DNA of 29,724 bases, taken from a virus. Its lineage: Duplodnaviria; Caudoviricetes. The DNA is taken from the IMG/VR virus record IMGVR_UViG_3300044852_000053, positions 1 through 29,724 of that record, one strand, 5' to 3'. The position numbers and the translations under genes are program-made. Below are positions 23,443-29,724 of the stretch, piece after piece; within the stretch, counting starts at the first letter, position 1, and every line of letters begins with the position of its first letter. Under the pieces are notes generated by a model, which was given only the letters and a program-made list of their open reading frames with translations, did no database searches and was not told where the DNA came from.

Positions 23443-24564
23443 GTGCGCGGCCGGCCTAGCCTGCCCCTCGGGAAGCACGGGGACATCTGGACCCGCCGCG
23501 ACGGGAAGCTGTACGTGGCGTTCTGCTACTTCCGGGACATGGATGGGGTCACGAGGCGGGTCAAAGCATCCGCGGCCACTGCCCAGTCCGCGAGGAACAA
23601 ACTGCAGGACCGTCTCAGTACGCGCGTCGTCGGCGGGGCCGGGACCATCACCCCGGACTCCACCGTGACGGAGCTCGGGGAGGCGTGGTTCGCTGCGCTT
23701 GAGACTTCCCAGGCCACCAAGGACACGTACCGGCAGAAGATGGATAGGCACATCTTCCCTGCGATGGGTCAGGTCCGGTTGCGGGAGGTCACGGTGGGGC
23801 AGGTGGAGGCGTTCCTGATGTTGAAGCGGGGGACGCCGACGATCGCTAAGCAGTGCCGGCAGGTGCTCTCCCTCATGTTTGCGATGGCGGCCCGGCTGGA
23901 CGCGGTGGAGTCGAACATGGTCCGCGATACGACGTCGGTGAAGCGCCCGGCCGGTAAGGGCAAGGCGATGACGATCGAGGACATTGATGCGTTCCGCGCC
24001 CATGTGAAGGCGTGGTGTGATGCGGACAAGCGCCGCGGCGACTACCTGGTGGACATGACGGACTTGTTCATTGCTACGGGGTTGCGGCCGGGGGAGTTGA
24101 TCGGGTTGCTGTGGTCGGACTTTGACTTCAAGGCCCGGACGCTCACGGTGTCGGGCACTGTGAAGCGTGACTCGGTGAATGGGCTCCACCGGCAGCCGTA
24201 CCCGAAGTCTGAGGCCGGGGAGCGGACGCTGGTGTTGCCGGAGTTTGTGTGGCCGATGCTGGCGGCCCGGAAGTTGGCGACGTCGGGGAAGGCTGTCTTC
24301 CCGGCCCGCGGCGGTGGGTGGCGGGAGTTGGCGAACGTGCGGCGCGCCTGGCGTGAAGCGCGCGGCGAGACGTGGGCCGACGTGAAGCCCAAAGACTTCC
24401 GAACCGCCGTCGCAACGATCATCGCGGCCGAGTCCGGTTCCGAAGCCGCGGCCGGGCAGTTGGGCCACGCCTCCGACGCTGTGACAAAGAAGTACTACAT
24501 CAAGGCAGTACCCAAGACGCAAGACAACAGCGCGGTCCTAGGCCGCAGAACGAACGGTGGATGA
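23443..24564 (+). CDS. int: Tyrosine integrase
   Basis: TGLRPGE (Arg), KDFR in place of HxxR, LGH, catalytic Tyr in KKYY; GAGG RBS before GTG 23443. Confidence 0.95.
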   Translation: MRGRPSLPLGKHGDIWTRRDGKLYVAFCYFRDMDGVTRRVKASAATAQSARNKLQDRLSTRVVGGAGTITPDSTVTELGEAWFAALETSQATKDTYRQKMDRHIFPAMGQVRLREVTVGQVEAFLMLKRGTPTIAKQCRQVLSLMFAMAARLDAVESNMVRDTTSVKRPAGKGKAMTIEDIDAFRAHVKAWCDADKRRGDYLVDMTDLFIATGLRPGELIGLLWSDFDFKARTLTVSGTVKRDSVNGLHRQPYPKSEAGERTLVLPEFVWPMLAARKLATSGKAVFPARGGGWRELANVRRAWREARGETWADVKPKDFRTAVATIIAAESGSEAAAGQLGHASDAVTKKYYIKAVPKTQDNSAVLGRRTNGG

Positions 24565-24904
24565 CATGGCAGAGATAGTAGACGTGCTCGCGGAGCATGT
24601 GCAGTCCGTCCGTAACCAGCGGTGTGCCTGCGGCTGGCGGGGCGACGTGAGTAAGAGCGTGATCGACCCGGACAACATCTACGCGCAACATCGCGCACAC
24701 GTGGCCGAAGCCCTCGCTGTCGTCGTGCAGGAGAAACAGGCCGAAGCGCTCGAAGAAGAAGCACGGGGACTCGGTTGGCTGGGCGCGCAAGGCAACCTAG
24801 TCGAGCCCGATACCGCAATGGCTGGCGTTTCAGAGTGCCGGCGGATGATGCGCGCTACCGCGGCTAGGCTCCGCGCCCGCGCCGCCGAACTGAGGCAGTC
24901 GTGA
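24557..24904 (+). CDS. Hypothetical protein
   Basis: H...CACG...HRAHVAEAL metal-binding-like pattern; coupled to int. Confidence 0.7.
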   Translation: MDDMAEIVDVLAEHVQSVRNQRCACGWRGDVSKSVIDPDNIYAQHRAHVAEALAVVVQEKQAEALEEEARGLGWLGAQGNLVEPDTAMAGVSECRRMMRATAARLRARAAELRQS

Positions 24905-25101
24905 AGGCGCCGAAACTGGGGACCGTCTATTTGTCCATCATGCCGGACCTGTCCGGTTTGAAGCGTGCCGTTGAGCGTGCCATACGGCACGAAATGGCCG
25001 ACAGGCGGCGCGCTGCGGCCGTTTACTACGTCGCCCACTGTCGGCCGGCACCGTGGTCGCGGCGCCGGAAGCCGCTCATCCACAATGGGAGTAAGCCATG
25101 A
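24901..25101 (+). CDS. Hypothetical basic protein
   Basis: GTGA overlap; KPLIHNGSKP end; contains an operator copy at 24976-24991. Confidence 0.6.
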   Translation: MKAPKLGTVYLSIMPDLSGLKRAVERAIRHEMADRRRAAAVYYVAHCRPAPWSRRRKPLIHNGSKP

Positions 25102-25135
25102 ACGTGAAGAATCTACACAATCAGGAGTGTGCACA

Positions 25136-25576
25136 GTGACGGTGACGGAGTTCTTGGAAGCCAGGATCACGGAAGACGAGGCGGCCGCGCGCCGCTGCGA
25201 GAAAGCGTTCCCCGGCAGTTGGGACGTGGAGGACCGCGGTTACCGCGCGCATGTCGTGTGCGACGGGCCGTACTTCCACCACGTCTCAGAGCTTGACCAG
25301 CAGCACACCAACGTCGAACACATCGGCGGCGCATTGCAGATGATCGCGGACTTCAACCCGGCGCGGGTGCTGGCTGAGTGCGCGGCGAAGCGGCAGGTCA
25401 TCGAAGCCGCCCTTGACGATGCCAACTCGATCGACTTGGAGTTGGCGTGCTGCCACAGTGTCGAGAAGCTACGCGCCAATCTCTGCCCAGTGTTCGCGCC
25501 AGGGCCAAGAGCTATCCGCGCGCTGGCCGCCGTCTACAAGGACCACCCGGACTACCGGCAGGAGTGGGCGCTGTGA
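25136..25576 (+). CDS. DUF6221-like protein
   Basis: EFLEARITEDE...PARVLAECAAKR...LAAVYKDHPDYRQEW; AGGAG RBS. Confidence 0.85.
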   Translation: MTVTEFLEARITEDEAAARRCEKAFPGSWDVEDRGYRAHVVCDGPYFHHVSELDQQHTNVEHIGGALQMIADFNPARVLAECAAKRQVIEAALDDANSIDLELACCHSVEKLRANLCPVFAPGPRAIRALAAVYKDHPDYRQEWAL

Positions 25577-25785
25577 GCTTCCTGCAGGTCTACGAGAAGC
25601 ACCCGCACGCGGACGCTTACCGTGTCGGCGGGTTCTACTCCCCATACGCGCTCGTGTCCCGGGAGAAACGCTTCACGGACGCCGAGCTCGCCGCCGAATG
25701 GCACTCGACAGACATCGAGCAAGAGCAGGAAACGATCCTGCGCTTCGCCACCCTTCCACACTACGACAAGGACGAAACACCATGA
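25573..25785 (+). CDS. Hypothetical protein
   Basis: GTGA overlap; MSFLQVYEKHP... Confidence 0.6.
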   Translation: MSFLQVYEKHPHADAYRVGGFYSPYALVSREKRFTDAELAAEWHSTDIEQEQETILRFATLPHYDKDETP

Positions 25786-26171
25786 GCATTCCCGAAGAAG
25801 CGGTAGAGGCCGGGTGGGAGCAGGCGCGTCAAGATGCGGACGGCTACCCATACCCTGAGAAAGAAGAAATCCGCCGCATCCTCGAAGCCGCGGCGCCGTC
25901 CCTGCAACGCGAGGCGTGGCTACTAGGCCACGCGGCCGGGCGTGACTACCAAGGCGACGGCTGGAACAGTGACGCCCACGACCCTGCCCTGGACAACCCG
26001 TATGCCAAAGGCCAGGCATACATCGTGGAGTGCGAGGACTTGGGGCCGGGGGACAAAATCTGGTATCCGAACCTGTTCGAGCTTGAGCAGGACTGCGGCC
26101 CTTTCCCGTCCTGCTGTGTGCCCAAGCCGGTAGGTCCCGACTATGACGGGCCTAAATGGGTTCCTGAATAA
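25782..26171 (+). CDS. Hypothetical protein
   Basis: MSIPEEAVEA...ILEAAAP...NPY, a common actinophage pattern. Confidence 0.7.
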   Translation: MSIPEEAVEAGWEQARQDADGYPYPEKEEIRRILEAAAPSLQREAWLLGHAAGRDYQGDGWNSDAHDPALDNPYAKGQAYIVECEDLGPGDKIWYPNLFELEQDCGPFPSCCVPKPVGPDYDGPKWVPE

Positions 26172-26210
26172 GTGGCCCTTTTCCGGCCCTTTGCCTGTTT
26201 TTGGGCAAAA

Positions 26211-26259
26211 GAAAAAGCCCGTCCCAACCAGTGTTTTCGCTGGTGGGACGGGCTTTTTC
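26211..26259. terminator. Bidirectional intrinsic terminator
   Basis: GAAAAAGCCCGTCCCA...TGGGACGGGCTTTTTC; lies 3' of the tRNA fragment. Confidence 0.85.
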
Positions 26260-26260
26260 G

Positions 26261-26299
26261 TGGTGCACCCCCCGGGACTCGAACCCGGAACCCATTGAT
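26261..26299 (-). mobile_element. attP: attP core = 3' half of a host tRNA (probably Lys)
   Basis: ATCAAT GGGTT CCGGG TTCGAGT CCCGG GGGGTGC A CCA; no 5' half upstream; anticodon absent, so identity is inferred. Confidence 0.85.
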
Positions 26300-26488
26300 A
26301 CCGGGTCCGGCTCGCTTGACACTACGGGGAAGTACGCTATGGCACTCTGCACTTCGTTGAATTGGCGCGGTTTTTGGGGGATGGCGCGTTGTGCCATACG
26401 GCACGATACGTTCTGGTACTCTGGACTTCTACGAATAAGTGGCCCTTTTGTGGCCCTTTTTCCCGTTCCTCACCCACAAGGAGACAGC

Positions 26489-26686
26489 ATGGCCCAGGCC
26501 CCATTCCTCACCCAGCACGACGCGATCGTGGAAGCCTACGAGTCCGAAGACTTCCTCGCCCGACTCCACGCCATCATCAACGAGAAGGGCGCCCTGACCG
26601 CCGCAGAGTGGCAGCACGAGCTACAGGAAGCCCGCAACGCCGCAGCCAGCCACTCAGCCGGCTACGGCGACGGGCCCGCGCGCTAA
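26489..26686 (+). CDS. Small hypothetical protein with its own promoter (moron-like)
   Basis: AAGGAG RBS; TGgTACTCT extended -10 at about 26414-26422; operator at 26390-26405. Confidence 0.7.
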   Translation: MAQAPFLTQHDAIVEAYESEDFLARLHAIINEKGALTAAEWQHELQEARNAAASHSAGYGDGPAR

Positions 26687-26952
26687 GCCTCGTGCTTGCC
26701 CGGGTACGTGGGCGCCGCCGCGGCGCCCAGCACTGCCCGGGTCAGCCAGTCAGGCAGGCGCGGCTCAAGCCACCGCCAGAAGGCGTACCAGGCGGCGATG
26801 ATGACCGCCGTGAGCACGGGCAAGATGACGTCGGACAGGCCCAGCAAGTGAGCCTGCAGTGGCGCCAGCGGCGGCACGACGCCGATGAGCCAGGCAACGA
26901 GGCTGCCCCACAGGGCAGGGACGAGGGTGCGGAGAATGGATGTCAGCAGCAT
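26683..26952 (-). CDS. Holin
   Basis: Two hydrophobic segments, LRTLVPALWG...WRWLEPRLP; follows the lysin. Confidence 0.8.
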   Translation of the reverse strand: MLLTSILRTLVPALWGSLVAWLIGVVPPLAPLQAHLLGLSDVILPVLTAVIIAAWYAFWRWLEPRLPDWLTRAVLGAAAAPTYPGKHEA

Positions 26953-27842
26953 TACTTTGCCACCTCCGGGATGTCGAGCGGTTCGACAGTGACCGTGGGA
27001 GCTACGGCGACAGCCGCAACGCCTGCGTCAATGATCGCGTCGAAGTGCTGGGCAACCGCGACGGCGAACGTGGCAGGGTCCACCTTGCCGCTGGCGTCGG
27101 CTTCCGCGTATGCCTTGAAGGCGTCCCGCAGTGCTGCGCGCGTCTCGTTGATGCTGGCCTGGTGGTACTGCTTGAACAGGGTGGTGGTGAAGTCGTAAAT
27201 CTTGGCGATGCTCGCCTCATGGTACTGGCGGAACAGGGTGGTGGTGAACTGGTAAATCCGGTCAACGGCGTCAGCCATGTCATCCTCCTGGATGGTTCCT
27301 TGGGCGGCGAGTCCGCCCCATACGGTTGTCGGGTCGATGCGCCCGTAAATCTTGCCGGCGCCGGTCGGGTAGGACAGATCCACGATCCGCTCCGTGTGCA
27401 GATGCGGGCCGAGCACGCCGTCCTGGCCGCCTGAACTGTCGCCAGAGAGCGCGATCAAATCGCCCTCGTTGACGAACTGGCCCTTCTGGACCTTCCACGC
27501 GGACAGGTGCGCGTACACGTCGATGTCGCCTGGTGCGTGCTGAACCAGCAGGAGCCGGCCGCCGAACCGCTGGTAGAAGAACCAGCGGGCCGCCCAGTCG
27601 TTGGGACCGCCCGGCAGGTTCACATCCCAGTCGCACCAAAGGACGGTTCCGCTGCGGGCCGCCCTGACAGGCGTGCCCACCGGGCAGCCGACGTCGGTCC
27701 CGGCGTGGCCGTCCTCCTGATAGTGGCCGTAAAGCGCCACAAGGACCTGAACTTGCGTGCCCTGCAGGTTGCCGACGACGCCGCGGGTGGGGAGGCTTGC
27801 GAAGCCCTGGGTGATGGGGAACTTGCTGTCTACCGGACGCAT
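26952..27842 (-). CDS. Endolysin, M23 peptidase plus C-terminal repeat domain
   Basis: GHAGTD, YAHLS and GPHLH M23 motifs. Confidence 0.92.
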   Translation of the reverse strand: MRPVDSKFPITQGFASLPTRGVVGNLQGTQVQVLVALYGHYQEDGHAGTDVGCPVGTPVRAARSGTVLWCDWDVNLPGGPNDWAARWFFYQRFGGRLLLVQHAPGDIDVYAHLSAWKVQKGQFVNEGDLIALSGDSSGGQDGVLGPHLHTERIVDLSYPTGAGKIYGRIDPTTVWGGLAAQGTIQEDDMADAVDRIYQFTTTLFRQYHEASIAKIYDFTTTLFKQYHQASINETRAALRDAFKAYAEADASGKVDPATFAVAVAQHFDAIIDAGVAAVAVAPTVTVEPLDIPEVAK

Positions 27843-28156
27843 CAAAACCACCGCCTTTTCTTGTGCCGCATTTCGTTGATGACTGTCCACTGCTGGCTGT
27901 CCGAACGCTCCAAGCCACCAAGGATCTTCAAGACCTGCTCGTTGTGCTTGTCCTGCGCTTCAAGCTTTTCCAAGACGACGTCGTGCTTGCCGTCAATGTC
28001 GTCTCGGAGGTTCGACTTATGGCTGTTCTGCGTTTGGCTCCGGGATATGGCGGCATCTCGTTTGACCTTCTTGAGGTCATTGACGATCAGGCCGAGAGCA
28101 GCCGTTAGGACAGCGCCGATGGTTCCGATGAGGGCGATGATTACTTGCTCACTCAT
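27842..28156 (-). CDS. Lysis-module membrane protein (DUF2746-like)
   Basis: N-terminal TM; QTQNSHKSNLRDDID. Confidence 0.75.
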   Translation of the reverse strand: MSEQVIIALIGTIGAVLTAALGLIVNDLKKVKRDAAISRSQTQNSHKSNLRDDIDGKHDVVLEKLEAQDKHNEQVLKILGGLERSDSQQWTVINEMRHKKRRWF

Positions 28157-28164
28157 GGGCGGCC

Positions 28165-29007
28165 CTAGGAGACGTAGGCGAAGGGCATGTTGCCGTTCGC
28201 TGTGATCGCCGCCGCGGTGGACGGGGTGGACGCGGCGTTGGTCAGGGATCCGGTGCTGTCGCCGTTGAGGATCGGCGCCAGGGCGATGCCGGCCCCGGTG
28301 CTCGAGGCGATGCCGCGGAGCGCAGTCGGCGTGGTCGCAACCTCACAGATGCCCACGTAGAACAGGCCGTCAGCGGTCACGGTGTACGTGCTCGCCAGCG
28401 GGATCGTGAGCGCGGAACCGGAGTTCCACGTGGCGGTGTTGTCCGCCGTCGCCCGCAGCAGGTTCCTCGAGGCGTCGAACAGGCTGAACCAGCGGTTCGT
28501 GAGGCCCGTGACGGCCGTGCCGCACAAGTACGTCAGGCTGGTCACGACAGTGCCCTTGGGCAGCCACACAGCCGACAGCCGCAGCGTCCCGGACGTGAGG
28601 GCCGGGACGACGGTGCCGGTGATGTAGCGGCGATCCAGCGTCACAGCCAGGGCACCGGACGGTGCGTGCCGCAGCGCGGAGCCGTCCAACTGGCCCTTGT
28701 TCACCCCGTCGCCGGAATCGACGCCGGACGCGACGACTGCCTTGCCCGTCGCACTCAGCAGGACATACGACGTCGAGAGATTCCAGTTGGCAGCCGTGAA
28801 CGAGGCGCCGGACGTGTGCGTGGTCTTCGCTGTGACCACATCACCTGTCGGGCTAATGACCGGCTGGCCGGCCGTGTAAGCGGTGGTCGGGGTCCAGTTG
28901 ACCGCCACGGCGGCGGGCGCCAACCTCGCGGGGAGGTTGGCGTCCGCTGCCTTGACGGACGTGGGGAGAGTGTTGTCTGACCCCACAGAAACTACGGTGC
29001 TTCCCAT
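28165..29007 (-). CDS. Minor tail protein with a carbohydrate-binding-like module
   Basis: WTPTTAYTAG...AKTTHTSGASF..NW (CBM5/12-like); Thr/Ala-rich beta sequence. Confidence 0.65.
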   Translation of the reverse strand: MGSTVVSVGSDNTLPTSVKAADANLPARLAPAAVAVNWTPTTAYTAGQPVISPTGDVVTAKTTHTSGASFTAANWNLSTSYVLLSATGKAVVASGVDSGDGVNKGQLDGSALRHAPSGALAVTLDRRYITGTVVPALTSGTLRLSAVWLPKGTVVTSLTYLCGTAVTGLTNRWFSLFDASRNLLRATADNTATWNSGSALTIPLASTYTVTADGLFYVGICEVATTPTALRGIASSTGAGIALAPILNGDSTGSLTNAASTPSTAAAITANGNMPFAYVS

Positions 29008-29025
29008 TGTTTCTTCGTCCTGTCG

Positions 29026-29724
29026 TTAGAGCGAGAACTGGTCGTAGAGCCCCAGCGCTTGCGCGTAGATGTAGTCGCCGCCGAAACGGCTGATCGTGCC
29101 GGCCGGGATTGCCGTGCCAGGCGCGTAGGGCCGGTTGTAAACCTTCACGATTGAGGCGTCCCGGTGCTGCAGGAATGCCTTGGTCGAGTCGGGGTTCTTG
29201 CTGGCCTTGCCGCGGCGGATGGTTTCCTGCGGGTTCGCGTACCGGACGGCGCCGGCCACGTTCTTGTTCGTGGACGACAGGAACATGTGCGACATAGCCA
29301 GGTCGTTCTCAGCAACCAGCGGAGTTTCGGCGCCGATCAGGTCAGCGCCGTTCCGGTAGCCGTTGCCGATGGACGTAACAAGCTGGTCGAACAGGGCCAT
29401 GCTCCCGGGGAGCATCATGTGGTAGTTGTCCCCAAGCTCGATCGCCGCCAGAGCCTTCCACCGCCCAGTGATGGTCACCTGGGAGTTGGCCCGGATCAGG
29501 TGGCTTGTGGCGAGCTCAACAAGGTTGGTGGACCCGGTGCTGCTGTTCCGGCCGTAGACGCGCTGCACGAGCTCGAAACTCGTGAGCGCCCGGTACGCGC
29601 CGGTAGCCATGCCATCGACGTCAACCACCACATCCCCGTCGAGGTAGACCGGGGCGTCCGCCTGGTACATGGTCGCAACGCCGTGGTACGGCATCCACTC
29701 CAAGGTGGATCCGCCCGCGGGCTG
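29026..29724 (-). CDS. Minor tail / receptor-binding protein, 3' part; starts outside the window
   Basis: Open frame to the window edge; position upstream of the lysis genes. Confidence 0.55.
   Translation of the reverse strand, partial: QPAGGSTLEWMPYHGVATMYQADAPVYLDGDVVVDVDGMATGAYRALTSFELVQRVYGRNSSTGSTNLVELATSHLIRANSQVTITGRWKALAAIELGDNYHMMLPGSMALFDQLVTSIGNGYRNGADLIGAETPLVAENDLAMSHMFLSSTNKNVAGAVRYANPQETIRRGKASKNPDSTKAFLQHRDASIVKVYNRPYAPGTAIPAGTISRFGGDYIYAQALGLYDQFSL

Larger units (their letters stand above)
26166..26463. repeat. Integrase arm-type sites flanking the attP core
   Basis: GAATAAGTGGCCCTTTT.. followed by GGCCCTTT at 26166-26195 and 26433-26463. Confidence 0.75.

Noticed and set aside
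24394-24403. Integrase possibly inactive because HxxR reads KDFR
   Set aside because: This His is variable among tyrosine recombinases; Arg, Arg, His and Tyr are intact and attP is complete
26261-26340. Complete tRNA gene
   Set aside because: Only the 3' half is present; context (arm repeats, terminator, integrase) indicates attP
27130-27260. 57-nt repeat in the lysin as a DGR template/variable pair
   Set aside because: In-frame tandem domain repeat; differences are not adenine-specific and no reverse transcriptase is in the window

Overview
The window is about 30 kb of a GC-rich temperate siphovirus of an actinobacterial host (Arthrobacter/Micrococcaceae-like; inferred from gene content). 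It is shown mostly in reverse orientation and apparently as a circular or excised form, because attP and the likely cos junction are both intact. Minus strand 1-6538 is the head/packaging module: major capsid (partial), scaffold, a tRNA-Cys with a DUF6275-like insert, minor head protein, portal, TerL and TerS. At 6600-6730 are a LexA box and a probable cos. Plus strand 6830-9975 is a self-contained island of small genes with its own promoters, long intergenic hairpins and a terminator. Minus strand 10015-22449 holds the late HNH, an HNH-AP2 and the early operon (RusA, SSB, NrdH, replication initiator, C5 methyltransferase, ERF recombinase, Xis, Cro). Plus strand 22625-26171 holds the repressor, a tyrosine integrase and cargo genes, followed by a tRNA-type attP near 26280. 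Minus strand 26683-29724 holds lysis and minor tail genes. The most striking non-coding signals are a 16-bp palindrome (CGTGCCATATGGCACG, about 14 copies), the hairpin-punctuated CTAG-rich end island, a repeat array in the late leader, a T-arm-like RNA element in the early leader and GUGAU-loop hairpins at head-gene ribosome binding sites. All family calls come from motif recognition by eye, not database searches.
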